Shown: positions 51,342-62,010 of the stretch, in pieces
Position numbering within the stretch: position 1 is the stretch's first letter
Layout of the letters: every line of letters starts with the position of its first letter
NCBI GenBank assembly: GCA_046331705.1
Contig: JAXLQJ010000016.1
Coordinates: 62,001-126,000 of the forward strand
DNA from: a bacterium
GTDB lineage: Bacteria > JADJOY01
Length of the DNA: 64,000 nt
Direction: 5' to 3'
Notes under the pieces: model-generated
Told to the model about the DNA's origin: nothing
What the model saw: the letters and a program-made list of their open reading frames with translations, nothing else
Database searches by the model: none
Translations under genes and position numbers: made by a program

Positions 51342-52655
51342 ATGCAGCGGAGCGTCGAGCGCGACCTCGGGAGCGGGCGCCGCGGACGGGCCGTCGCGCG
51401 CATCGTGCTGGGGCTCGCGGTGGTCACGTTCGCGCCGGTCGTCGCCCGCGCCGGAATCAACAGCTACGCGGACATCTTCCCAGGCGACCGTGCCGCTGCG
51501 CTGGGCGGTGCGTACGTCGCGCTCTCCGAGGACGGTAGCGGCGCTTACTACAACCCGGCGGGCTTGGTGGGGATTCGCTTCGCCGACGTCTCGCTCTCGG
51601 TGAGCGCCTACCAGTATCAGAGCTTGACCGCCGATCGGGCGTTCTTCGGCAGCGACTGGACGCGCCGCGGCGGTCTCTTCGTGCCCACCAGCTTCGGCGC
51701 GATTCGTCGCTTCGGCGCCTTCGCCGTGGGGCTGTCGATCGCGGTCCCCGAGAGCTACGACCTGCGCACCAGCACCGTGTACCAGGACGTCGCGATCTCG
51801 GGATTCACCTTCGATCTCGACTTCGACTTCAAGGACACCGGCCAGATCTACGACGTGGGCCCGACGTTCGCGTGGGCCATCAGCGACGAGCTCGCGGTGG
51901 GCGCCACCATCTACTACGTGTACGGCACGCGCGACCGTTCGAGCTTCTTCAAGATCACCGACGCCGCCGATCCCTCGGCCGTCTCCGGCGTGAGCTTCAC
52001 CACCAGCGAGGAATCGATCACCGGTTTCACCGGCACGCTGGGAGTGTCGTGGCAACCGGACCCGTGCTGGCGATTCGGCTTGCGCGTCCGTCCCCCCACC
52101 GATCTGCACCACTTCCGCAAGGAACAGGATTCGCAGTTCTTCGGCACGGACGATCCTCGCGGGTTGCTGCCCGGCTTCGACACGCCGACGGTCTTGAACA
52201 AGGGCTTCAGCGAGGGCGTGCCCGGCAACGCCACGCTGGGCGCCGCCTGGACTCCGGCGCCCGAGCTGACGCTCGCCGTCGACGTGTCCTACTACCTGGA
52301 GGAGGACTACCCGGACTTCGTGCAGCCGGTCCGGCGCGAGCCGACGTGGAACGTGAGCGCGGGCGCCGAGTACTTCCTGCACCCGAGCGTGCCGTTGCGG
52401 GTGGGCTTCTACACCAACAACTCGTCGGCGCCCGAGCCCGTGCGCGGCGCCACGAGTCAGCGCGAGAAGAGCGACGTCTACGGATTCACGGTCGGCGCCA
52501 ACTGGATCTCGGAACACACCGAGCTGGGCTTGGGGCTGCGCCAGGGTTTCGTGGTCGGGAAGCTGATCGCGCTCACCGCGGACGCCGCGTCGCCGCCGGT
52601 GGACCTGCGTGGCACCGAGACCTCCGTGTTCCTGGCGTCGCGCTACAAGTTCTGA
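51342..52655 (+). CDS. OmpP1/FadL/PorV-like outer-membrane beta-barrel, paralog 2
   Basis: Signal peptide; GDRAAALGGAYVA...DGSGAYYNPAGL; C-terminal YKF. Confidence 0.82.
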   Translation: MQRSVERDLGSGRRGRAVARIVLGLAVVTFAPVVARAGINSYADIFPGDRAAALGGAYVALSEDGSGAYYNPAGLVGIRFADVSLSVSAYQYQSLTADRAFFGSDWTRRGGLFVPTSFGAIRRFGAFAVGLSIAVPESYDLRTSTVYQDVAISGFTFDLDFDFKDTGQIYDVGPTFAWAISDELAVGATIYYVYGTRDRSSFFKITDAADPSAVSGVSFTTSEESITGFTGTLGVSWQPDPCWRFGLRVRPPTDLHHFRKEQDSQFFGTDDPRGLLPGFDTPTVLNKGFSEGVPGNATLGAAWTPAPELTLAVDVSYYLEEDYPDFVQPVRREPTWNVSAGAEYFLHPSVPLRVGFYTNNSSAPEPVRGATSQREKSDVYGFTVGANWISEHTELGLGLRQGFVVGKLIALTADAASPPVDLRGTETSVFLASRYKF

Positions 52656-53866
52656 GCGCCGCCCGGCTGCGGGCGGAAGTCCGCGAGCACGCGTGCCACG
52701 CGCTCGAGATGCGCGGGCCTCACGCCGGGGTGGATCGGGATCTGCACGCTCTGGGCGAGCAGCCGGCGCGCGACCGGAAACGCGAGGCGCGGGCAATAGC
52801 GCGCGCCGTTGTCGTGCATGAGGTGGTGGCCGGTGTCGATGCCGGCGGCGAGCAGCGCGCGCGCCAGCTCGGCGCGGCGCTCGCTCAGCACCACGTAGAA
52901 GTACGCGACACCATGCGAGCCGGGGCGATCGCGATGCCGCTCGACGCGCGCCGGGATCGCGGCATCGAGCGCGGCGGCGAGGTCGCGCCGCCGTTCCACC
53001 TCGCTCGCCAAGCGCGCGAGGTGCGCGAGCGCCACCTCGGCCGAGGCCGGCGCGATCGGCCCCCACGCCGCGGTTCCTCCGGGCCGATTCGCCACCGCCT
53101 GGTAGCTCGCGGCCAGATCTCGGCCGCTGCGGGCCAGTCGGCGTAGCAGTGGATAGGCCGTGACGGTGAACACGGGCCGCTGGGTCGCGAGCCAGAGCAG
53201 GCCGGTCTTGAGCGCGCGGCGGGCGGTGGTCCCGAGCGGCTCCGCCGCTCGCAGGGCGAGCGCGCGGCGCACCTCGTCGGCGAAGGAAGCGTCGGCGGTG
53301 ACGACCGCACCGCCGCCGAAGCCGGTGAAGGGCTTGGTGAAGTTGAAGCTCAGGTAGCCGGCGACGCCGGACGTGCCGACCGGCCGGTCGCGCCAGCGCG
53401 CGCCGAGCGCGTGGGTCGCGTCCTCGACGAGCGGCAGCGAGGCCGCGTCACAGGCTGCACGCGTGGCGTCGAGGTCCGCCACACGCCCGAAATGGTGCGC
53501 GGTGACCACGGCGGACACCGAGTCGTCGAGCAGCGGCGGGAGGAGTCGCGCATCGGGGTTGGCGTCGAGTGGATCGGCGTCCACGAAGCGCGGCTCGTGG
53601 TCGAGCTCGCCGAGGGTGTCGGGGACGCTCGCGTCGGTGTAGCAAGGCACCACCACCTGCGAGCCCCGCCGCAACCCCAGTGCCATCACGATCGCGCCGA
53701 GCGCGGCGCGGCCGGATGCTGCCGTCACGACCTGCGGCACCTCGAGCTCGCGCGCGAGCGCACGCTCGAGGGTCGTCGCCGCGTCGCGACGTGGGGACAC
53801 GAGCGAACGCGCCACGATGGTGAGATCGTGCAGTGCGAAGTCGATCGTCCGCCGCGCCACCGCCAT
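52643..53866 (-). CDS. DegT/DnrJ/EryC1/StrS family aminotransferase (divergent)
   Basis: ASGRAAL, HHFG, VEDATHALG, LSFNFTKPF..FGGG, QIPIHP. Confidence 0.85.
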   Translation of the reverse strand: MAVARRTIDFALHDLTIVARSLVSPRRDAATTLERALARELEVPQVVTAASGRAALGAIVMALGLRRGSQVVVPCYTDASVPDTLGELDHEPRFVDADPLDANPDARLLPPLLDDSVSAVVTAHHFGRVADLDATRAACDAASLPLVEDATHALGARWRDRPVGTSGVAGYLSFNFTKPFTGFGGGAVVTADASFADEVRRALALRAAEPLGTTARRALKTGLLWLATQRPVFTVTAYPLLRRLARSGRDLAASYQAVANRPGGTAAWGPIAPASAEVALAHLARLASEVERRRDLAAALDAAIPARVERHRDRPGSHGVAYFYVVLSERRAELARALLAAGIDTGHHLMHDNGARYCPRLAFPVARRLLAQSVQIPIHPGVRPAHLERVARVLADFRPQPGGAQNL

Positions 53867-53981
53867 GGCGCGCTACGTAGCAAGGCCGCGGGAGGCGAGC
53901 AAGCACCCGCTCGAATCCGAGGTCCACGGCGTTGCGGCGCACGATCGACCGCCGGTAGCCTCTCGAGTGCGGGAGGCATCG

Positions 53982-55196
53982 ATGAGACGTCACGTTCACG
54001 GGTGGGGATGGCTCGTCGGCATGTTGCTCGCGGGAACCGCGACGGCGGGAGGCGGCAGCCCTGCGCTCACGCCGGGCTGGGACAGCTTCGGTCCGCTCAC
54101 GTCGGGAAGCCTCACGTGGAGCCAGACGCCGGGCGGCTACGGTCTCGACCTGACGTACACGCTCGGCGGCGCGCTCACGAACCACGAGTTCACCGCCGGC
54201 ATGCACTTCTTCGACGTGAACGGATTCGTGGATTTCGGTCTGGGGTTTCTCACCGGGCCGCCGGGCGTGGGGCCCATCACTCGCGAAGGACACACCTCCG
54301 TGCTCTCGGCCACGGACCTCGGTTTCTTCTCGACCGACGGATCGGGAAACGGCGTCGGGCCGTTTCTGGCGCTGACTCCCAACCCGGGGATCTACGCAGC
54401 CCAGTTCAACCTTCGCGAAGGCGGCTCGCCGGGATGTCCGAGCACCTCCTGCAACGCGATCTATCGAACCGGTGGGACCTTCTCGACCGATCTCGTGCGA
54501 TTCACCGTTCCCGCGGCCACGTCGTTCTGGAGCGCCGACGACGGCAACGCCACCGACGAGATGGGCGTGAATCCCGGCACGCCGATGGGCAGCGTCGCCT
54601 ATCGCGCGGGCGAGTTTCGGAACGGATTCGACCTCGATGGGAGCACCTGGGTGTCGCTTCCCAATCCCGTCGCGGGAGGCCTCGCTTCCACCACCGGTTT
54701 CACGGTGATCGCGTGGATCCAGCAAGACACGTTCTCGAGCACGGCGTCGATCTTCAACGTGCGCACCAGCGCGAATGCCAGCGGGTTCACACTGGAACCA
54801 CTCTTCCAGACGCCAGAAACGATGGTGTTCGCGGTCAACACCAGCGGGCTCGCCGAGGGCTTCAGCGCGATCACGGGGAAGTTTCCCGTCGGAGTCCTGC
54901 AACGAGTCGCGGCGACCTTCGACGCTGCCACGCACACCATGCGCCTCTACCGCGATGGGCTGCTCGTGGCCGAGAAGACCGACGTGCCCGGAACCACCAT
55001 GTCGGTGATCGGCACCGAGGAGGCGGCGATCGGCCGCAACATCGTGAGTGACGCCAAGTTCGATGGGTTGGTCGACGAGGTTCTCTACTACCCCCGTGCG
55101 CTCACGGCGGCGGAGATCGGCGGATTGGTGCCGTGCCTCTTCTGCGACGAGTTCGACTTGGGCAACACCAATCGCTGGAGCGCCAAGGTGCCGTGA
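53982..55196 (+). CDS. Secreted protein with a LamG/concanavalin-like domain
   Basis: Signal peptide; FTVIAWI, VAATFD...MRLYRDG, IGR...FDGLVDEVLYYPRALTAAEI; GGAGG RBS. Confidence 0.85.
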   Translation: MRRHVHGWGWLVGMLLAGTATAGGGSPALTPGWDSFGPLTSGSLTWSQTPGGYGLDLTYTLGGALTNHEFTAGMHFFDVNGFVDFGLGFLTGPPGVGPITREGHTSVLSATDLGFFSTDGSGNGVGPFLALTPNPGIYAAQFNLREGGSPGCPSTSCNAIYRTGGTFSTDLVRFTVPAATSFWSADDGNATDEMGVNPGTPMGSVAYRAGEFRNGFDLDGSTWVSLPNPVAGGLASTTGFTVIAWIQQDTFSSTASIFNVRTSANASGFTLEPLFQTPETMVFAVNTSGLAEGFSAITGKFPVGVLQRVAATFDAATHTMRLYRDGLLVAEKTDVPGTTMSVIGTEEAAIGRNIVSDAKFDGLVDEVLYYPRALTAAEIGGLVPCLFCDEFDLGNTNRWSAKVP

Positions 55197-55436
55197 ACGG
55201 CTCGTCGATTCCGTCACGGGCCGCTGGGAGCCTCGCCGGGCTCAGGGAAGGAAGTCGTCGGCGCCGGGCGCGCGAGCGGCCTCTTGGCGAAGACGCACCA
55301 CCAGCGGATCGTCGCCCGGCTCCATTCGAATCTCCACCTCGGCGCCCGGCCGATGGCGGCAGCGGCTGAGCTGCCCGGGAATCCGCGGGGTGTGACGCGG
55401 ACGGATCAGCTCGCTCGCGTCGTAAGCCGTGCTCGT

Positions 55437-55464
55437 GTCGACGGCGCCCGTCGACGGCGCCCGT
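55437..55464. repeat. 13-bp tandem duplication
   Basis: GTCGACGGCGCCC twice, plus GT. Confidence 0.8.
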
Positions 55465-55681
55465 GATGCGCACCAACGGCGCCGCGTAGCTCGGTCCCCC
55501 GCTCTCGGCGCCGGGAACGAATCCGGAACGTCCCCCGCCGCCGAACGGCTGGCGACGACCTCGGGGGCGCGGCGGTCCCGGTCGCTCAGGCCGCTCCCCT
55601 CCTTTCGGCGCGTGCCAGCAGCGGTGGAACGCATGCGAAGCGCCGGGCGTCGCGCGCTGGCGGTGCCGCGTCGGGCGGCCA

Positions 55682-55711
55682 TTGCGACCCCGAGGAACGC
55701 TCGGCTATAAC
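55682..55711 (+). promoter_or_regulatory. Sigma70-like promoter for the liv operon
   Basis: TTGCGA-N18-TATAAC, 30 nt before the ATG. Confidence 0.55.
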
Positions 55712-55741
55712 GCGGCGGCACGCAGCCCGAGGGGAAAACGC

Positions 55742-56893
55742 ATGAAAACACGCGAATTTGCTGCAATCGCGCGCGCCGCGGCCGGGTTCGCCGTGGTGCT
55801 CGCCGCCGCGCTGGCGATGGCGCGAACGGCGCACGCGGACGAGATCCGAATCGGCGAGTTCGGCTCGCTCACCGGCACCACCGCCACCTTCGGGCAATCG
55901 ACGCACAACGGAGTGATGCTCGCCGTCGACGAGACCAACGCCGCCGGCGGAGTGCTCGGAAAGAAGATCAAGCTCATCACCGAGGACGACCAGTCGAAGC
56001 CGGAGGAGGCGAAGACGGCGGTCATCAAGCTCATCAAGCAGCACCGCGTGGTGGCGCTGCTCGGCGAGGTCGCCAGCAGCCGCTCGTTGGCGGCGGCGCC
56101 CGAGGCTCAGAAGGCGGGCATCCCGATGGTGACGCCTGCGTCCACCAATCCCAAGGTCACACAGGTGGGCGATTTCATCTTCCGAACCTGCTTCATCGAT
56201 CCCTTCCAGGGCAGCACCATGGCGAAGTTCGCCCACGAGACGCTCAAGGTGAAGCAGGTCGCGATCCTGAAGGACGTGAAGAACGACTACAGCGTGGGCC
56301 TGGCGGAGTTCTTCGAGCGCACCTTCACGGGGCTCGGTGGCCAGATCGTCGCCAACGAGAGCTATTCCGAGGGCGACACGGAGTTCCGCGCGGTGCTCAC
56401 GGCGATCCGTTCCAAGAGCCCGCAGGCGATCTACATCCCCGGCTACTACACCGAGGTGGGTCTCATCGCGCGGCAGGCGCGCGAGCTCGGTCTCAAGGTG
56501 CCGATGCTGGGCGGCGACGGCTGGGACTCGGAGAAGACGCTCGAGATCGGCGGCGACGCCGTCAACGGCAGCTACTACACGAATCACTACTCGGCCGAGG
56601 ATCCGAGCCCCGTGGTGCAGGGGTTCATCCAGAAGTACAAGGCCAAGCACGGTGAGGTGCCCGACGCGATGGCCGTGCTGGGCTACGACGCCGCGCGCAT
56701 CCTGATCGACGCGATGAAGCGCGCCGGCTCAACCGACGGGCCGAAGGTCCGCGATGCGCTCGCCCAGACCAAGGGCTACGCCGGAGTCTCCGGCTCGATC
56801 ACCATCGACGCCGAGCGCAACTCGACGAAGAACATCGTGGTGCTCAAGATCGACGGCGGGAAGGTCAAGTTCCAGACCTCGATCGCCCCGTGA
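55742..56893 (+). CDS. livK: Branched-chain amino acid ABC transporter substrate-binding protein
   Basis: Signal peptide; IG...SLTG..A.FG, NAAGGVLG, FRTCFIDPFQG, GGDGW, GYDAA. Confidence 0.88.
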   Translation: MKTREFAAIARAAAGFAVVLAAALAMARTAHADEIRIGEFGSLTGTTATFGQSTHNGVMLAVDETNAAGGVLGKKIKLITEDDQSKPEEAKTAVIKLIKQHRVVALLGEVASSRSLAAAPEAQKAGIPMVTPASTNPKVTQVGDFIFRTCFIDPFQGSTMAKFAHETLKVKQVAILKDVKNDYSVGLAEFFERTFTGLGGQIVANESYSEGDTEFRAVLTAIRSKSPQAIYIPGYYTEVGLIARQARELGLKVPMLGGDGWDSEKTLEIGGDAVNGSYYTNHYSAEDPSPVVQGFIQKYKAKHGEVPDAMAVLGYDAARILIDAMKRAGSTDGPKVRDALAQTKGYAGVSGSITIDAERNSTKNIVVLKIDGGKVKFQTSIAP

Positions 56894-57090
56894 TGCTCGC
56901 CCGCGACGCGATCTTTCCGGACGCGACGAAGCGCGTCCCTGGAGCGGCGCCCCGCGGTCGCCAGGCTCGCCGTCGACCACACCCGGTGCCAGCGGCACCG
57001 CGCGAGCACGGCGAGTGACTCGGGGGTGGGGCCCCGCCGAGACCGCGCTCTCGGTGGGGCGGGGAGCTTGAAGCGCCCGCCGTGGAAACC

Positions 57091-57993
57091 ATGAGCACCC
57101 TCGTCCAGCAATTGCTGAACGGCCTCGCGTGGGGCTCGGTCTACGCGCTCATCGCGCTCGGCTACACGATGGTGTACGGCGTCTTGAAGCTCATCAACTT
57201 CGCCCACGGCGAGGTCTACATGATGGGCGCCATGACCGGTTATTACGTCGGGCGCTGGGTGCAGAAGGCCGAGCTGCCGATGGCGCTCAGGCTGCCCGCG
57301 ACGCTTCTCGGCGCGATGGTCGCGTGCGCGGTGTTGGGCTTCGCGATCGAGCGACTCGCGTATCGCCCGCTGCGCAACGCCAGCCGCCTGTCGGCGCTGA
57401 TCACCGCGATCGGCGTGTCGCTCTTGCTCCAGAACGCCGGGCAGCTCGTGTTCGGCGCCGACCCGAAGTACTTCCCTCAGGTGCTGAGCTACGCGGAGGT
57501 GATCAACACCGGCGGGGTGGTGCTCTCGAACATCCAGCTCGTCATCATGCTGACCGCGGTGGCGCTCATGACCGGGCTGCACCTCTTCGTGCAGAAGACG
57601 CGCCTCGGGCGCGCGATGCGCGCGGTGGCGAACGACAAGGCCGCCGCGCAGCTCGTGGGGATCTCCGTCGATCAGATCATCGCGCTCACCTTCGTGATCG
57701 GCTCGGTGCTCGCGGCGGCCGCCGGGGTGCTGGTCGGGCTCTCGAACCCGAAAGTCGAGCCCCTCATGGGCATCATGCCGGGGCTCAAGGCATTCGTGGC
57801 GGCGGTGCTGGGCGGCATCGGCAACATCGTCGGCGCGATGCTCGGCGGGGTGCTGCTCGGCCTGGTCGAGACGGCGGTCTCGGCGGTGGGGCTCTCCACC
57901 TACCGCGACGCGATCGCGTTCGCGCTCTTGATCGCGTTCTTGTTGTTCCGCCCCACGGGGATCATGGGGCGGCCGGACGTCGAGAAGGTCTGA
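57091..57993 (+). CDS. livH: BCAA ABC transporter permease
   Basis: NGLAWGSVYALIALGYTMVYG..LINFAHG, GRAMRA, KAFVAAVLGGIG. Confidence 0.95.
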   Translation: MSTLVQQLLNGLAWGSVYALIALGYTMVYGVLKLINFAHGEVYMMGAMTGYYVGRWVQKAELPMALRLPATLLGAMVACAVLGFAIERLAYRPLRNASRLSALITAIGVSLLLQNAGQLVFGADPKYFPQVLSYAEVINTGGVVLSNIQLVIMLTAVALMTGLHLFVQKTRLGRAMRAVANDKAAAQLVGISVDQIIALTFVIGSVLAAAAGVLVGLSNPKVEPLMGIMPGLKAFVAAVLGGIGNIVGAMLGGVLLGLVETAVSAVGLSTYRDAIAFALLIAFLLFRPTGIMGRPDVEKV

Positions 57994-57996
57994 GCC

Positions 57997-59028
57997 GTGG
58001 CGCGTCTTCCGATGCTCCGCTTGCTGGTGCAGATCGCGCTCGGCACCGCGATCCTGAGCGTCTGGGCGGTCGTCCTGGCACCGCGCATCAATCCGTATCA
58101 ACTCCAGGTCGTCAACTACATCGGCATCAACGTCGTGATGGCGGTGTCGTTGAACCTCATCAACGGCCACACCGGGCAGTTCTCGATCGGTCACGCCGGC
58201 TTCATGGCGCTCGGCGCCTATGGCTCGGCGGCGATCACGTACTACGGCGGGCCGCACGTTCTGCCGTGGCTGGGCGACACGCTGGGGCTGCCGTTGGCGG
58301 TGGCCAACGGGCTGCTGCTCAACGGGGCGATGCTCGCGGGTGGGCTGCTCGCGGCCTTCGCGGGGCTCGTGGTGGGGATCCCCACGTTGCGTTTGCGCGG
58401 CGATTACCTGGCGATCGCGACGCTCGGCTTCGGTGAGATCATCCGCGTCATCATCCTCAATCTCGACGTGGTGGGCGGGGCGCGCGGCTTCACCGACATT
58501 CCCGAGCTCGCCGGCACGTTCTGGATCTTCGCGTGGGCGGTGATCACCGTCGCGGTGATCGCGCGGATCGTGGGATCCACGCGTGGCCTGGCGTTTCTAT
58601 CCATCCGCGAGGACGAGATCGCCGCCGAGGCGGTGGGGATCTCCACCACGCGCACCAAGGTCGCGGCGTTCCTGCTGGGTGCCTTCTTCGCCGGGATCGG
58701 CGGCGGGCTCTTCGCCCACAACGTGACCTACCTGCACACCAACACGTTCACATTCATGAAGTCGATCGAGTACATCGCGATGGTGGTGCTCGGCGGCATG
58801 GGCAGCATCACGGGCTCGGTGGTGGCGGCGGTGGTGCTCACCACGCTGCCCGAGGCGCTGCGCGCCATCGAGAAGTACCGGATGGTGATCTACGCGGCGC
58901 TCTTGATCGTGCTCATGCTGACGCGGCCACAGGGCTTGATGGGGCGCCGCGAGCTGAGCTTCGATGCCATCCGGCGCCGGCTCGTGCGCCGGGCCGTCGC
59001 GCTGCCGCAGCGCGGAGCGCCGTCGTGA
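57997..59028 (+). CDS. livM: BCAA ABC transporter permease
   Basis: SLNLING.TGQFSIGHAGF, LRLRGDYLAIATLGFGEI, IREDEIAA, MVVLGGMGS. Confidence 0.95.
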   Translation: MARLPMLRLLVQIALGTAILSVWAVVLAPRINPYQLQVVNYIGINVVMAVSLNLINGHTGQFSIGHAGFMALGAYGSAAITYYGGPHVLPWLGDTLGLPLAVANGLLLNGAMLAGGLLAAFAGLVVGIPTLRLRGDYLAIATLGFGEIIRVIILNLDVVGGARGFTDIPELAGTFWIFAWAVITVAVIARIVGSTRGLAFLSIREDEIAAEAVGISTTRTKVAAFLLGAFFAGIGGGLFAHNVTYLHTNTFTFMKSIEYIAMVVLGGMGSITGSVVAAVVLTTLPEALRAIEKYRMVIYAALLIVLMLTRPQGLMGRRELSFDAIRRRLVRRAVALPQRGAPS

Positions 59029-59804
59029 GCGCGGCGCCGATCCTCGCGATCGAGGGCGTGACCAAGTGCTTCGGCGGGCTCACCGCGGTCTCGGAGCTCG
59101 AGCTCGGCGTCGAGGTGGGCGATCTGGTCGGCATCATCGGCCCGAACGGCAGTGGCAAGACCACGGCGTTCAACCTGATCACGGGCTTCTACGAGCCGAC
59201 GCGCGGCTCGATCCGCTTGGCGGGCAAGCCCATCCACGGGCTACCCACCCACCAGATCAATCGCGCCGGGATCGCGCGCACCTTCCAGAACATCCGGCTC
59301 TTTCCGGATCTGACGGTGCTCGACAACGTGCGCGTGGCGCTCAATCGTCGCGCGCTCGCCACGCCGCTCGGACGGGTGCTGCGCACGCGCCGGTTCCTCG
59401 ACGAGGAGCGGGCCCTCGGACGCGTGGCGATGGAGCTCCTCGAGCGCTTCGACCTGGCGCGCTTCGCGTTCAGCAGCGCGCGCAACCTGCCGTACGGCGA
59501 GCAGCGCCGGCTGGAGATCGCGCGGGCGCTCGCGACGCAGCCGCGCATCCTCTTGCTCGACGAGCCCGCGGCGGGGATGAACCCCACCGAGAAGGTCGAG
59601 CTCACCGAGCTGATCCGGCGGGTGAAGGACGAGTTCGAGCTCACCGTGCTGCTCATCGATCACGACATGCGGGTGATGATGGGGCTCTGCGAGCGGTTGC
59701 TGGTGCTCGATCACGGCGAGACCATCGCGCGCGGAACCCCCGCCGAGATCCAGCGCGATCCGAAGGTGATCGCGGCCTATCTCGGCGCGGACGCCGTCGC
59801 GTGA
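59025..59804 (+). CDS. livG: BCAA ABC transporter ATP-binding protein
   Basis: GPNGSGKTT, ARTFQNIRLF, LPYGEQRRLEIARAL, DEPAAG, AYLG. Confidence 0.95.
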   Translation: MSAAPILAIEGVTKCFGGLTAVSELELGVEVGDLVGIIGPNGSGKTTAFNLITGFYEPTRGSIRLAGKPIHGLPTHQINRAGIARTFQNIRLFPDLTVLDNVRVALNRRALATPLGRVLRTRRFLDEERALGRVAMELLERFDLARFAFSSARNLPYGEQRRLEIARALATQPRILLLDEPAAGMNPTEKVELTELIRRVKDEFELTVLLIDHDMRVMMGLCERLLVLDHGETIARGTPAEIQRDPKVIAAYLGADAVA

Positions 59805-60547
59805 CAGCCACCATGGACGGCGAGACCATCCTGAGGCTCGAAGGGCTCGCGGTGTCGTACGGCGCCGTGCGGGCGCTGGCGGGCGTCTCGATCGAGGTGC
59901 GAGCCGGCGAGATCGTGACGCTGCTCGGCAGCAACGGCGCCGGCAAGAGCACGCTCCTGAAGGCGATGTCGGGGCTCGTGCCGGTGCAGCACGGACGCAT
60001 CCTCTACCGCCGCGACGGCGAGGAGGTCGATCTCGCGCGCGTCGCCGCCCATCGCATCGTCGGCTTGGGCGTGGCGCACGTGCCGGAGGGGCGGCGCGTG
60101 TTCGCGAGCCTGACCGTGCTCGAGAACCTCGAGATGGGCGCCTTCCTGCGCCGCGACGCCGCTGGCATCCGCGCCGATCTCGACGAGGTGTTCCAGCTCT
60201 TCCCGCGGCTCGCGGAGCGCAAGAGCCAGCGCGCCGAGACCCTCTCCGGCGGCGAGCAGCAGATGCTCGCGATCGGCCGCGCGCTCATGAGCAGGCCGCG
60301 GGTCCTGCTCATGGACGAGCCCTCGCTGGGCATCGCGCCGCTGCTGGTGAAGACGATCTTCGAGACCATTCGCGACATCAACGTCCAGCGCCGCACGACC
60401 ATCGTCGTGGTCGAGCAGAACGCGCGGGTCGCGCTGGGCATCGCGCACCGCGGCTACGTGCTGGAGGTGGGCGAGATCGTGCTGGCGGGCACCAGCGCCG
60501 AGCTCGCCGGCAACGACGAGGTGCGCAAGGCCTATCTGGGCGGCTGA
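59801..60547 (+). CDS. livF: BCAA ABC transporter ATP-binding protein
   Basis: GSNGAGKST, VPEGRRVF, LSGGEQQMLA, DEPSLG, VEQNA. Confidence 0.95.
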   Translation: MTATMDGETILRLEGLAVSYGAVRALAGVSIEVRAGEIVTLLGSNGAGKSTLLKAMSGLVPVQHGRILYRRDGEEVDLARVAAHRIVGLGVAHVPEGRRVFASLTVLENLEMGAFLRRDAAGIRADLDEVFQLFPRLAERKSQRAETLSGGEQQMLAIGRALMSRPRVLLMDEPSLGIAPLLVKTIFETIRDINVQRRTTIVVVEQNARVALGIAHRGYVLEVGEIVLAGTSAELAGNDEVRKAYLGG

Positions 60548-60728
60548 GCGCCGCCGCACGTCGTCGTCCCGGCGCGCGCGCCGAACGTGGCCGGCGTCCG
60601 CGGTCGAGCCCCACAAAACGAACGCTCGGTGGTTTTTGCCGCGAGCTCGGCGCTGATGCTACGTAAGCGCCGTTAACTTCGATGCCGGCCAGGTGCGGCG
60701 CACCGGCCGAGCGTGAGGGGCGAAGGCG

Positions 60729-61898
60729 ATGAAGAAGGGCCGCGATGTTTGCGTGGTCGGCGTCGGGATGACGAAGTTCGAGCGCTGCGACCGCGATTTC
60801 ATGGATCTGGCGCAAGAGGCGGGCTCGGCGGCGCTCAAGATGGCGGGCGTCGGCTACGACCAGGTCGAGCAGGCCTTCGTGGGCTACGTGAACGGCATGA
60901 GCACCAACGGCCAGCGCGCGGTCTACGGTCTCGGGATGACCGGCATCCCCGTCTACAACGTCAACAACAACTGCTCGACCGGTTCGACGGCGCTCTACCT
61001 CGGCTGGCAGGCGGTCTCGTACGGGATCAACGAGTGCGTGCTGGCGCTCGGCTTCGAGAAGATGGAGAAGGGCCCGCTCGAGAATCAGCTCCAGGGCCTC
61101 AAGGACAAGCAGGCCGAGGCGGGCGGCGGCGAGGAAAAGAAGAAGAAGCCTCCCATCGCCGCGCGCATCTTCGGCGAGGGCGGCCGCGAGCACATGGAGC
61201 TTTACGGCACCACCAAGGAGCAGTTCGCGAAGGTCTCGGTCAAGAACCACCGCCACTCGGTCAACAATCCCCGCTCGCAGTACCAGGACCCGTGCACGCT
61301 CGAGGAAGTGCTCGCGTCGCGCGAGATCTACGATCCGCTCACGCTGCTTCAGTGCTGTCCGACGTCGGACGGCTCGGCCGCGGCCATCCTGTGCTCCGAG
61401 GAGTTCGCGAAGAAGCTCGGCGTGTCGAACCCCGTGAAGATCGTCGCGTCCACCATGACCACCGACAAGGCCGAGGACATGGGCAACGGCCGCATTGGCA
61501 TGATCGGGTTCGGCATGACCCGCGACGCCGCGAAGAACGTCTACGAGATGAGCGGTCACGGACCCGAGGACGTGCAGGTGATCGAGCTGCACGATTGCTT
61601 CTCGACCAACGAGCTCATCACCTACGAAGGGCTGGGGCTCTGTCCGGTGGGGCAGGGCGGGCGGCTGATCGACGACGCCGCGGTGACCTACGGCGGAAAG
61701 TGGGTGGTGAACCCCTCGGGCGGGCTGCTCTCGAAAGGTCATCCGCTGGGAGCGACCGGGCTCGCCCAGTGCGCGGAGCTCACCTGGCAGCTGCTGGGGC
61801 AGGCCGACAAACGCCAGGTTCCCGGCGCGAGGATCGCTTTGCAGCACAACTTGGGGCTCGGCGGCGCCTGTGTGGTCACGATGTACAAGCGCGGCTGA
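60729..61898 (+). CDS. SCP-x/SCP2-type thiolase (lipid-transfer protein)
   Basis: [13 protein letters not shown]...[35 protein letters not shown]. Confidence 0.92.
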   Translation: MKKGRDVCVVGVGMTKFERCDRDFMDLAQEAGSAALKMAGVGYDQVEQAFVGYVNGMSTNGQRAVYGLGMTGIPVYNVNNNCSTGSTALYLGWQAVSYGINECVLALGFEKMEKGPLENQLQGLKDKQAEAGGGEEKKKKPPIAARIFGEGGREHMELYGTTKEQFAKVSVKNHRHSVNNPRSQYQDPCTLEEVLASREIYDPLTLLQCCPTSDGSAAAILCSEEFAKKLGVSNPVKIVASTMTTDKAEDMGNGRIGMIGFGMTRDAAKNVYEMSGHGPEDVQVIELHDCFSTNELITYEGLGLCPVGQGGRLIDDAAVTYGGKWVVNPSGGLLSKGHPLGATGLAQCAELTWQLLGQADKRQVPGARIALQHNLGLGGACVVTMYKRG

Positions 61899-62010
61899 GT
61901 CGCGGTCGCGCCCGCGGTCTTCGAGCGTGGGCGCGAGGATTCGATCACTCGTGAGACGAGTGTGAGCCGGGCGGCCTTGGGGGCCGCCCGCGTTCGTTTC
62001 GGGACCGCTC

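Noticed and set aside
50004-52655. Type IX secretion system locus
   Set aside because: Only the PorV/FadL-shared N-terminal motif is present; there are no other T9SS components or canonical CTDs in the window.
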